In this document: positions 1 through 13,200 of the stretch, piece by piece | Layout of the letters: every line of letters starts with the position of its first letter | Numbering within the stretch: position 1 is the stretch's first letter | Assembly (NCBI GenBank): GCA_040954595.2 | Contig: JBECUI020000063.1 | Location: 1-44,515 of the forward strand | Length of the DNA stretch: 44,515 bases | Source of the DNA: Balanoglossus misakiensis | Taxonomy: Eukaryota; Animalia; Hemichordata | Direction: 5' to 3' | Program-made: the position numbers and the translations under genes | The notes under the pieces: generated by a model | The model's input: only the letters and a program-made list of their open reading frames with translations | Database searches by the model: none | Told to the model about the DNA's origin: nothing

Positions 1-3000
1 TGGTGACCTAAGACAGGCGACAGTCAGGCTTCCACTTACAAAAAGTGGAAAATACAATAGCTATAGCGACAGTCAGGCTTCACTTACAAAAAGTGGAAAA
101 TACAATAGCTACATTGGTAGGCTGAAAGCTTACTTCCTGAGACTGTTTGTGCCAATGACGGTAAGATCGCTGATGAAGTGGTGACCTAAGACAGGCGACA
201 GTCAGGCTTCACTTACAAAAAGTGAAAAATACAATAGCTACATTGGTAGGATGAAAGCTTACTTCCTGAGACTGTTAGTGCCAATGACGGGTAAGACCGC
301 TTATGAAGTGGTGACCTAAGACAGGCGACAGTCAGGCTTCACTTACAAAAAGTGGAAAATACAATAGCTACATTGGTAGGCTGAAAGCTTACTTCCTGAG
401 ACTGTTTGTGCCAATGACGGGTAAGACCGCTTATGAAGTGGTGACCTAAGACAGGCGACAGTCAGGCTTCACTTACAAAAAGTGGAAAATACAATAGCTA
501 CATTGGTAGGCTGAAAGCTTACTTCCTGAGACTGTTTGTGCCAATGACGGGTAAGACCGCTTATGAAGTGGTGACCTAAGACAGGCGACAGTCAGGCTTC
601 ACTTACAAAAAGTGGAAAATACAATAGCTACATTGGTAGGCTGAAAGCTTACTTCCCTGAGACTGTTTGTGCCAATGACGGGTAAGACCGCTTATGAAGT
701 GGTGACCTAAGACAGGCGACAGTCAGGCTTCACTTACAAAAAGTGGAAAATACAATAGCTACATTGGTAGGCTGAAAGCTTACTTCCTGAGACTGTTTGT
801 GCCAATGACGGGTAAGACCGCTTATGAAGTGGTGACCTAAGACAGGCGACAGTCAGGCTTCACTTACAAAAAGTGGAAAATACAATAGCTACATTGGTAG
901 GCTGAAAGCTTACTTCCTGAGACTGTTTGTGCCAATGACGGGTAAGACCGCTTATGAAGTGGTGACCTAAGACAGGCGACAGTCAGGCTTCACTTACAAA
1001 AAGTGGAAAATACAATAGCTACATTGGTAGGCTGAAAGCTTACTTCCTGAGACTGTTTGTGCCAATGACGGGTAAGACCGCTTATGAAGTGGTGACCTAA
1101 GACAGGCGACAGTCAGGCTTCACTTACAAAAGTGGAAAATTCAATAGCTACATTGGTAGGCTGAAAGCTTACTTCCTGAGACTGTTTGTGCCAATGACGG
1201 GTAAGACCGCTTATGAAGTGTTGACCTAAGACAGGCGATAGTCAGGCTTCACTTACAAAAAGTGGAAAATACAATAGCTACATTGGTAGGCTGAAAGCTT
1301 ACTTCCTGAGACTGTTTGTGCCAATGACGGGTAAGACCGCTTATGAAGTGGTGACCTAAGACAGGCGACAGTCAGGCTTCACTTAAAAAAGTGGAAAATA
1401 CAATAGCTACATTGGTAGGCTGAAAGCTTACTTCCTGAGACTGTTTGTGCCAATGACGGGTAAGACCGCTTATGAAGTGGTGACCTAAGACAGGCGACAG
1501 TCAGGCTTCACTTACAAAAAGTGGAAAATACAATAGCTACATTGGTAGGCTGAAAGCTTACTTCCTGAGACTGTTTGTGCCAATGACGGGTAAGACCGCT
1601 TATGAAGTGGTGACCTAAGACAGGCGACAGTCAGGCTTCACTTACAAAAAGTGGAAAATTCAATAGCTACATTGGTAGGCTGAAAGCTTACTTCCTGAGA
1701 CTGTTTGTGCCAATGACGGGTAAGACCGCTTATGAAGTGTTGACCTAAGACAGGCGACAGTCAGGCTTCACTTACAAAAAGTGGAAAATACAATAGCTAC
1801 ATTGGTAGGCTGAAAGCTTACTTCCTGAGATGTTTGTGCCAATGACGGGTAAGACCGCTTATGAAGTGGTGACCTAAGACAGGCGACAGTCAGGCTTCAC
1901 TTATAAAAAGTGGAAAATACAATAGCTACATTGGTAGGCTGAAAGCTTACGTCCTGAGACTGTTTGTGCCAATGACGGGTAAGACCGCTTATGAAGTGGT
2001 GACCTAAGACAGGCGACAGTCAGGCTTCACTTACAAAAAGTGGAAAATACAATAGCTACATTGGTAGGCTGAAAGCTTACTTCCTGAGACTGTTTGTGCC
2101 AATGACGGGTAAGACCGCTTATGAAGTGGTGACCTAAGACAGGCGACAGTCAGGCTTCACTTACAAAAAGTGGAAAATACAATAGCTACATTGGTAGGCT
2201 GAAAGCTTACTTCCTGAGACTGTTTGTGCCAATGACGGGTGAGACCGCTTATGAAGTGGTGACCTAAGATAGGCGACAGTCAGGCTTCACTTACAAAAAG
2301 TGGAAAATACAATAGCTACATTGGTAGGCTGAAAGCTTACTTCCTGAGACTGTTTGTGCCAATGACGGGTAAGACCGCTTATGAAGTGGTGACCTAAGAT
2401 AGGCGACAGTCAGGCTTCACTTACAAAAAGTGGAAAATACAATAGCTACATTGGTAGGCTGAAAGCTTACTTCCTGAGACTGTTTGTGCCAATGACGGGT
2501 AAGACCGCTTATGAAGTGGTGACCTAAGACAGGCGACAGTCAGGCTTCACTTACAAAAAGTGGAAAATACAATAGCTACATTGGTAGGCTGAAAGCTTAC
2601 TTCCTGAGACTGTTTGTGCCAATGACGGGTAAGACCGCTTATGAAGTGGTGACCTAAGACAGGCGACAGTCAGGCTTCACTTACAAAAAGTGGAAAATAC
2701 AATAGCTACATTGGTAGGCTGAAAGCTTACTTCCTGAGACTGTTTGTGCCAATGACGGGTAAGACCGCTTATGAAGTGTTGACCTAAGACAGGCGACAGT
2801 CAGGCTTCACTTACAAAAAGTGGAAAATACAATAGCTACATTGGTAGGCTGAAAGCTTACTTCCTGAGACTGTTTGTGCCAATGACGGGTAAGACCGCTT
2901 ATGAAGTGGTGACCTAAGACAGGCGACAGTCAGGCTTCACTTACAAAAAGTGGAAAATACAATAGCTACATTGGTAGGCTGAAAGCTTACTTCCTGAGAC

Positions 3001-6000
3001 TGTTTGTGCCAATGACGGGTAAGACCGCTTATGAAGTGGTGACCTAAGATAGGCGACAGTCAGGCTTCACTTACAAAAAGTGGAAAATACAATAGCTACA
3101 TTGGTAGGCTGAAAGCTTACTTCCTGAGACTGTTTGTGCCAATGACGGGTAAGACCGCTTATGAAGTGGTGACCTAAGACAGGCGACAGTCAGGCTTCAC
3201 TTACAAAAAGTGGAAAATACAATAGCTACATTGGTAGGCTGAAAGCTTACTTCCTCAGACTGTTTGTGCCAATGACGGGTAAGACCGCTTATGAAGTGGT
3301 GACCTAAGATAGACGACAGTCAGGCTTCACTTACAAAAAGTGGAAAATACAATAGCTACATTGGTAGGCTGAAAGCTTACTTCCTGAGACTGTTTGTGCC
3401 AATGACGGGTAAGACCGCTTATGAAGTGGTGACCTAAGACAGGCGACAGTCAGGCTTCACTTACAAAAAGTGGAAAATACAATAGCTACATTGGTAGGCT
3501 GAAAGCTTACTTCCTGAGACTGTTTGTGCCAATGACGGGTAAGACCGCTTATGAAGTGGTGACCTAAGACAGGCGAAAGTCAGGCTTCACTTACAAAAAG
3601 TGGAAAATACAATAGCTACATTGGTAGGCTGAAAGCTTACTTCCTGAGACTGTTTGTGCCAATGACGGGTAAGACCGCTTATGAAGTGGTGACCTAAGAC
3701 AGGCGACAGTCAGGCTTCACTTACAAAAAGTGGAAAATTCAATAGCTACATTGGTAGGCTGAAAGCTTACTTCCTGAGACTGTTTGTGCCAATGACGGGC
3801 AAGACCGCTTATGAAGTGTTGACCTAAGACAGGCGACAGTCAGGCTTCACTTACAAAAAGTGGAAAATACAATAGCTACATTGGTAGGCTGAAAGCTTAC
3901 TTCCTGAGACTGTTTGTGCCAATGACGGGTAAGACCGCTTATGAAGTGGTGACCTAAGACAGGCGACAGTCAGGCTTCACTTACAAAAAGTGGAAAATAC
4001 AATAGCTACATTGGTAGGCTGAAAGCTTACTTCCTGAGACTGTTTGTGCCAATGACGGGTAAGACCGCTTATGAAGTGGTGACCTAAGATAGGCGACAGT
4101 CAGGCTTCACTTACAAAAAGTGGAAAATACAATAGCTACATTGGTAGGCTGAAAGCTTACTTCCTGAGACTGTTTGTGCCAATGACGGGTAAGACCGCTT
4201 ATGAAGTGGTGACCTAAGACAGGCGACAGTCAGGCTTCACTTACAAAAAGTGGAAAATACAATAGCTACATTGGTAGGCTGAAAGCTTACTTCCTGAGAC
4301 TGTTTGTGCCAATGACGGGTAAGACCGCTTATGAAGTGGTGACCTAAGACAGGCGACAGTCAGGCTTCACTTACAAAAAGTGGAAAATACAATAGCTACA
4401 TTGGTAGGCTGAAAGCTTACGTCCTGAGACTGTTTGTGCCAATGACGGGTAAGACAGCTTATGAAGTGGTGACCTAAGACAGGCGACAGTCAGGCTTCAC
4501 TTACAAAAGTGGAAAATACAATAGCTACATTGGTAGGCTGAAAGCTTACTTCCTGAGACTGTTTGTGCCAATGACGGGTAAGACCGCTTATGAAGTGGTG
4601 ACCTAAGATAGGCGACAGTCAGGCTTCACTTACAAAAAGTGGAAAATACAATAGCTACATTGGTAGGATGAAAGCTTACTTCCTGAGACTGTTTGTGCCA
4701 ATGACGGGTAAGACCGCTTATGAAGTGGTGACCTAAGACAGGCGACAGTCAGTCTTCACTTACAAAAAGTGGAAAATACAATAGCTACATTGGTAGGCTG
4801 AAAGCTTACTTCCTGAGACTGTTTGTGCCAATGACGGGTAAGACCGCTTATGAAGTGGTGACCTTAGACAGGCGACAGTCAGGCTTCACTTACAAAAAGT
4901 GAAAAATACAATAGCTACATTGGTAGGATGAAAGCTTACTTCCTGAGACTGTTAGTGCCAATGACGGGTAAGACCGCTTATGAAATGGTGACCTAAGACA
5001 GGCGACAGTCAGGCTTCACTTACAAAAAGTGGAAAATACAATAGCTACATTGGTAGGCTGAAAGCTTACTTCCTGAGACTGTTTGTGCCAATGACGGGTA
5101 AGACCGCTTATGAAGTGGTGACCTAAGACAGGCGACAGTCAGGCTTCACTTACAAACAGTGGAAAATACAATAGCTACATTGGTAGGCTGAGGGCTTACG
5201 TCCTGAGACTGTTTGTGCCAATGACGGGTAAGACCGCTTATGAAGTGGTGACCTAAGACAGGCGACAGTCAGGCTTCACTTACAAAAAGTGGAAAATACA
5301 ATAGCTACATTGGTAGGCTGAAAGCTTACGTCCTGAGACTGTTAGTGCCAATGACGGGTAAGACCGCTTATGAAATGGTGACCTAAGACAGGCGACAGTC
5401 AGGCTTCACTTACAAAAAGTGGAAAATACAATAGCTACATTGGTAGGCTGAAAGCTTACTTCCTGAGACTGTTTGTGCCAATGACAGGTAAGACCGCTTA
5501 TGAAGTGGTGACCTAAGACAGGCGACAGTCAGGCTTCACTTACAAAAAGTGGAAAATATAATAGCTACATTGGTAGGCTGAAAGCTTACTTCCTGAGACT
5601 GTTTGTGCCAATGACGGGTAAGACCGCTTATGAAGTGGTGACCTAAGATAGACGACAGTCAGGCTTCACTTACAAAAAGTGGAAAATGCAATAGCTACAT
5701 TGGTAGGCTGAAAGCTTACTTCCTGAGACTGTTTGTGCCAATGACGGGTAAGACCGCTTATGAAGTGGTGACCTAAGACAGGCGACAGTCAGGCTTCACT
5801 TACAAAAAGTGGAAAATTCAATAGCTACATTGGTAGGCTGAAAGCTTACTTCCTGAGACTGTTTGTGCCAATGACGGGTAAGACCGCTTATGAAGTGTTG
5901 ACCTAAGACAGGCGACAGTCAGGCTTCACTTACAAAAAGTGGAAAATACAATAGCTACATTGGTAGGCTGAAAGCTTACTTCCTGAGACTGTTTGTGCCA

Positions 6001-7299
6001 ATGACGGGTAAGACCGCTTATGAAGTGGTGACCTAAGACAGGCGACAGTCAGGCTTCACTTATAAAAAGTGGAAAATACAATAGCTACATTGGTAGGCTG
6101 AAAGCTTACGTCCTGAGACTGTTTGTGCCAATGACGGGTAAGACCGCTTATGAAGTGGTGACCTAAGACAGACGACAGTCAGGCTTCACTTACAAAAAGT
6201 GGAAAATACAATAGCTACATTGGTAGGCTGAAAGCTTACTTCCTGAGACTGTTTGTGCCAATGACGGGTAAGACCGCTTATGAAGTGGTGACCTAAGACA
6301 GGCGACAGTCAGGCTTCACTTACAAAAAGTGGAAAATACAATAGCTACATTGGTAGGCTGAAAGCTTACTTCCTGAGACTGTTTGTGCCAATGACGGGTA
6401 AGACCGCTTATGAAGTGGTGACCTAAGACAGGCAACAGTCAGGCTTCACTTACAAAAAGTGGAAAATACAATAGCTACATTGGTAGGCTGAAAGCTTACT
6501 TCCTGAGACTGTTTGTGCCAATGACGGGTAAGACCGCTTATGAAGTGTTGACCTAAGACAGGGCGACAGTCAGGCTTCACTTACAAAAAGTGGAAAAATA
6601 CAATAGCTACATTGGTAAGCTGAAAGCTTACTTCCTGAGACTGTTTGTGCCAATGACGGGTAAGACCGCTTATGAAGTGGTGACCTAAGACAGGCGACAG
6701 TCAGGCTTCACTTACAAAAAGTGGAAAATAGAATAGCTACATTGGTAGGCTGAAAGCTTACTTCCTGAGACTGTTTGTGCCAATATCGGGTAAGACCGCT
6801 TATGAAGTGGTGACCTAAGACAGGCGACAGTCAGGCTTCACTTACAAAAAGTGGAAAATACAATAGCTACATTGGTAGGCTGAAAGCTTACTTCCTGAGA
6901 CTGTTTGTGCCAATGACGGGTAAGACCGCTTATGAAGTGGTGTCCTAAGACAGGCGACAGTCAGGCTTCACTTACAAAAAGTGGAAAATACAATAGCTAC
7001 ATTGGTAGGCTGAAAGCTTACTTCCTGAGACTGTTTGTGCCAATGACGGGTAAGGCAGCTTATGAAGTGGTGACCTAAGACAGGCGACAGTCAGGTTTCA
7101 CTTACAAAAAGTGGAAAATACAATAGCTACATTGGTAGGCTGAAAGCTTACTTCCTGAGACTGTTTGTGCCAATGACGGGTAAGACCGCTTATGAAGTGG
7201 TGACCTAAGACAGGCGACAGTCAGGCTTCACTTACAAAAAGTGGAAAATACAATAGCTACATTGGTAGGCTGAAAGCTTACTTCCTGAGACTGTTTGTG

Positions 7300-10200
7300 C
7301 CAATGACGGGTAAGACCGCTTATGAAGTGTTGACCTAAGACAGGCGACAGTCAGGTTTCACTTACAAAAAGTGGAAAATACAATAGCTACATTGGTAGGC
7401 TGAAAGCTTACTTCCTGAGACTGTTTGTGCCAATGACTGGTAAGACCGCTTATGAAGTGTTGACCTAAGACAGGCGACAGTCAGGCTTCACTTACAAAAA
7501 GTGGAAAATACAATAGCTACATTCAACTGAGACTGTTTGTGCCAATGACGGGTAAGACCGCTTTTGAAGTGTTGACCTAAGACAGGCGACAGTCAGGCTT
7601 CACTTACAAAAAGTGGAAAATACAATAGCTACATTGGTAGGCTGAAAGCTTACTTCCTGAGACTGTTTGTGCCAATGACGGGTAAGACCGCTTATGAAGT
7701 GGTGACCTAAGACAGGCGACAGTCAGGCTTCACTTACAAAAAGTGGAAAATACAATAGCTACATTGGTAGGCTGAAAGCTTACTTCCTGAGACTGTTTGT
7801 GCCAATGACGGGTAAGACCGCTTATGAAGTGTTGACCTAAGACAGGCGACAGTCAGGTTTCACTTACAAAAAGTGGAAAATACAATAGCTACATTGGTAG
7901 GCTGAAAGCTTACTTCCTGAGACTGTTTGTGCCAATGACGGGTAAGACCGCTTATGAAGTGTTGACCTAAGACAGGCGACAGTCAGGCTTCACTTACAAA
8001 AAGTGGAAAATACAATAGCTACATTCAACTGAGACTGTTTGTGCCAATGACGGGTAAGACCGCTTATGAAGTGGTGACCTAAGACAGGCGACAGTCAGGC
8101 TTCACTTACAAAAAGTGGAAAATATAATAGCTACATTGGTTGGCTGAAAGCTTACTTCCTGAGTCAGTTTGTGCCAATGACGGGTAAGACCGCTTATGAA
8201 GTGGTGACCTAAGACAGGCGACAGTCAGGCTTCACTTACAAAAAGTGGAAAATACAATAGCTACATTGGTAGGCTGAAAGCTTACTTCCTGAGACTGTTT
8301 GTGCCAATGACGGGTAAGACCGCTTATGAAGTGGTGACCTAAGACAGGCCACAGTCAGGCTTCACTTACAAAAAGTGGAAAATACAATAGCTACATTGGT
8401 AGGCTGAAAGCTTACTTCCTGAGACTGTTTGTGCCAATGACGGGTAAGACCGCTTATGATACAATAGCTACATTGGTAGGCTGAAAGCTTACTTCCTGAG
8501 ACTGTTTGTGCCAATGACGGGTAAGACCGCTTATGAAGTGGTGACCTAAGACAGTCGACAGTCAGGCTTCACTTACAAAAAGTGGAAAATACAATAGCTA
8601 CATTGGCAGGCTGAAAGCTTACTTCCTGAGACTGTTTGTGCCAATGACGGGTAAGACCGCTTATGAAGTGGTGACCTAAGACATGCGACAGTCAGGCTTC
8701 ACTTACAAAAAGTTAAAAATATAATAGCTACATTGGTAGGCTGAAAGCTTACTTCCTCAGACTGTTTGTGCCAATGACGGGTAAGACCTCTTATGAAGTG
8801 GTGACCTAAGACAGGCGACAGTCAGGCTTCACTTACAAAAAGTGGAAAATACAATAGCTACATTGGTAGGCTGAAAGCTTATTTCCTGAGACTGTTTGTG
8901 CCAATGACGGGTAAGACCGCTTATGAAGTGGTGACCTAAGACAGGCCACAGTCAGGCTTCACTTACAAAAAGTGGAAAATACAATAGCTACATTGGTAGG
9001 CTGAAAGCTTACTTCCTGAGACTGTTTGTGCAAATGACGGGTAAGACCGCTTATGAAGTGGTGACCTAAGACAGGCCACAGTCAGGCTTCACTTACAAAA
9101 AGTGGAAAATACAATAGCTACATTGGTAGGCTGAAAGCTTACGTCCTGAGACTGTTTGTGCCAATGACGGGTAAGACCGCTTATGAAGTGTTGACCTAAG
9201 ACAGGCGACAGTCAGGCTTCACTTACAAAAAGTGGAAAATACAATAGCTACATTGGTAGGCAGAAAGCTTACTTCCTGAGACTGTTTGTGCCAATGACGG
9301 GTAAGACCGCTTATGAAGTGGTGACCTAAGACAGGCGACAGTCAGGCTTCACTTACAAAAAGTGGAAAATACAATAGCTACATTGGTAGGCTGAAAGCAT
9401 ACTTCCTGAGACTGTTTGTGCCAATGACGGGTAAGACCGCTTATGAAGTGTTGACCTAAGACAGGCGACAGTCAGGTTTCACTTACAAAAAGTGGAAAAT
9501 ACAATAGCTACATTGGTAGGCTGAAAGCTTACTTCCTGAGACTGTTTGTGCCAATGACGGGTAAGACCGCTTATGAAGTGTTGACCTAAGACAGGCGACA
9601 GTCAGGCTTCACTTACAAAAAGTGGAAAATACAATAGCTACATTCAACTGAGACTGTTTGTGCCAATGACGGGTAAGACCGCTTATGAAGTGGTGACCTA
9701 AGACAGGCGACAGTCAGGCTTCACTTACAAAAAGTGGAAAATATAATAGCTACATTGGTTGGCTGAAAGCTTACTTCCTGAGTCAGTTTGTGCCAATGAC
9801 GGGTAAGACCGCTTATGAAGTGGTGACCTAAGACAGGCGACAGTCAGGCTTCACTTACAAAAAGTGGAAAATACAATAGCTACATTGGTAGGCTGAAAGC
9901 TTACTTCCTGAGACTGTTTGTGCCAATGACGGGTAAGACCGCTTATGAAGTGGTGACCTAAGACAGGCCACAGTCAGGCTTCACTTACAAAAAGTGGAAA
10001 ATACAATAGCTACATTGGTAGGCTGAAAGCTTACTTCCTGAGACTGTTTGTGCCAATGACGGGTAAGACCGCTTATGATACAATAGCTACATTGGTAGGC
10101 TGAAAGCTTACTTCCTGAGACTGTTTGTGCCAATGACGGGTAAGACCGCTTATGAAGTGGTGACCTAAGACAGTCGACAGTCAGGTTTCACTTACAAAAA

Positions 10201-13200
10201 GTGGAAAATACAATAGCTACATTGGTAGGCTGAAAGCTTACTTCCTGAGACTGTTTGTGCCAATGACGGGTAAGACCGCTTATGAAGTGTTGACCTAAGA
10301 CAGGCGACAGTCAGGTTTCACTTACAAAAAGTGGAAAATACAATAGCTACATTGGTAGGCTGAAAGCTTACTTCCTGAGACTGTTTGTGCCAATGACGGG
10401 TAAGACCGCTTATGAAGTGTTGACCTAAGACAGGCGACAGTCAGGCTTCACTTACAAAAAGTGGAAAATACAATAGCTACATTCAACTGAGACTGTTTGT
10501 GCCAATGACGGGTAAGACCGCTTATGAAGTGGTGACCTAAGACAGGCGACAGTCAGGCTTCACTTACAAAAAGTGGAAAATATAATAGCTACATTGGTTG
10601 GCTGAAAGCTTACTTCCTGAGTCAGTTTGTGCCAATGACGGGTAAGACCGCTTATGAAGTGGTGACCTAAGACAGGCGACAGTCAGGCTTCACTTACAAA
10701 AAGTGGAAAATACAATAGCTACATTGGTAGGCTGAAAGCTTACTTCCTGAGACTGTTTGTGCCAATGACGGGTAAGACCGCTTATGAAGTGGTGACCTAA
10801 GACAGGCCACAGTCAGGCTTCACTTACAAAAAGTGGAAAATACAATAGCTACATTGGTAGGCTGAAAGCTTACTTCCTGAGACTGTTTGTGCCAATGACG
10901 GGTAAGACCGCTTATGATACAATAGCTACATTGGTAGGCTGAAAGCTTACTTCCTGAGACTGTTTGTGCCAATGACGGGTAAGACCGCTTATGAAGTGGT
11001 GACCTAAGACAGTCGACAGTCAGGCTTCACTTACAAAAAGTGGAAAATACAATAGCTACATTGGCAGGCTGAAAGCTTACTTCCTGAGACTGTTTGTGCC
11101 AATGACGGGTAAGACCGCTTATGAAGTGGTGACCTAAGACATGCGACAGTCAGGCTTCACTTACAAAAAGTTAAAAATATAATAGCTACATTGGTAGGCT
11201 GAAAGCTTACTTCCTCAGACTGTTTGTGCCAATGACGGGTAAGACCTCTTATGAAGTGGTGACCTAAGACAGGCGACAGTCAGGCTTCACTTACAAAAAG
11301 TGGAAAATACAATAGCTACATTGGTAGGCTGAAAGCTTACTTCCTGAGACTGTTTGTGCCAATGACGGGTAAGACCGCTTATGAAGTGGTGACCTAAGAC
11401 AGGCCACAGTCAGGCTTCACTTACAAAAAGTGGAAAATACAATAGCTACATTGGTAGGCTGAAAGCTTACTTCCTGAGACTGTTTGTGCAAATGACGGGT
11501 AAGACCGCTTATGAAGTGGTGACCTAAGACAGGCCACAGTCAGGCTTCACTTACAAAAAGTGGAAAATACAATAGCTACATTGGTAGGCTGAAAGCTTAC
11601 GTCCTGAGACTGTTTGTGCCAATGACGGGTAAGACCGCTTATGAAGTGTTGACCTAAGACAGGCGACAGTCAGGCTTCACTTACAAAAAGTGGAAAATAC
11701 AATAGCTACATTGGTAGGCAGAAAGCTTACTTCCTGAGACTGTTTGTGCCAATGACGGGTAAGACCGCTTATGAAGTGGTGACCTAAGACAGGCGACAGT
11801 CAGGCTTCACTTACAAAAAGTGGAAAATACAATAGCTACATTGGTAGGCTGAAAGCATACTTCCTGAGACTGTTTGTGCCAATGACGGGTAAGACCGCTT
11901 ATGAAGTGTTGACCTAAGACAGGCGACAGTCAGGTTTCACTTACAAAAAGTGGAAAATACAATAGCTACATTGGTAGGCTGAAAGCTTACTTCCTGAGAC
12001 TGTTTGTGCCAATGACGGGTAAGACCGCTTATGAAGTGTTGACCTAAGACAGGCGACAGTCAGGCTTCACTTACAAAAAGTGGAAAATACAATAGCTACA
12101 TTCAACTGAGACTGTTTGTGCCAATGACGGGTAAGACCGCTTATGAAGTGGTGACCTAAGACAGGCGACAGTCAGGCTTCACTTACAAAAAGTGGAAAAT
12201 ATAATAGCTACATTGGTTGGCTGAAAGCTTACTTCCTGAGTCAGTTTGTGCCAATGACGGGTAAGACCGCTTATGAAGTGGTGACCTAAGACAGGCGACA
12301 GTCAGGCTTCACTTACAAAAAGTGGAAAATACAATAGCTACATTCAACTGAGACTGTTTGTGCCAATGACGGGTAAGACCGCTTATGAAGTGGTGACCTA
12401 AGACAGGCGACAGTCAGGCTTCACTTACAAAAAGTGGAAAATATAATAGCTACATTGGTTGGCTGAAAGCTTACTTCCTGAGTCAGTTTGTGCCAATGAC
12501 GGGTAAGACCGCTTATGAAGTGGTGACCTAAGACAGGCGACAGTCAGGCTTCACTTACAAAAAGTGGAAAATACAATAGCTACATTGGTAGGCTGAAAGC
12601 TTACTTCCTGAGACTGTTTGTGCCAATGACGGGTAAGACCGCTTATGAAGTGGTGACCTAAGACAGGCCACAGTCAGGCTTCACTTACAAAAAGTGGAAA
12701 ATACAATAGCTACATTGGTAGGCTGAAAGCTTACTTCCTGAGACTGTTTGTGCCAATGACGGGTAAGACCGCTTATGATACAATAGCTACATTGGTAGGC
12801 TGAAAGCTTACTTCCTGAGACTGTTTGTGCCAATGACGGGTAAGACCGCTTATGAAGTGGTGACCTAAGACAGTCGACAGTCAGGCTTCACTTACAAAAA
12901 GTGGAAAATACAATAGCTACATTGGCAGGCTGAAAGCTTACTTCCTGAGACTGTTTGTGCCAATGACGGGTAAGACCGCTTATGAAGTGGTGACCTAAGA
13001 CATGCGACAGTCAGGCTTCACTTACAAAAAGTTAAAAATATAATAGCTACATTGGTAGGCTGAAAGCTTACTTCCTCAGACTGTTTGTGCCAATGACGGG
13101 TAAGACCTCTTATGAAGTGGTGACCTAAGACAGGCGACAGTCAGGCTTCACTTACAAAAAGTGGAAAATACAATAGCTACATTGGTAGGCTGAAAGCTTA

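Noticed and set aside
120-265. Hammerhead-ribozyme-like fragments in the satellite (CTGATGA at about 170 in one copy; GAAAGCTTA in most)
   Set aside because: Consensus is CTTATGA, not CTGANGA, and I could not build helix I in any permutation. The one CTGATGA copy lies in an indel-rich window edge. An Infernal/RNAmotif search would settle it.
1-700. Truncated monomer at about 60 and single-base indels (TTCCAC, GACGGTAAG, TTCCCTGA)
   Set aside because: Singletons clustered at the sequence edge; likely lower consensus accuracy rather than biology.
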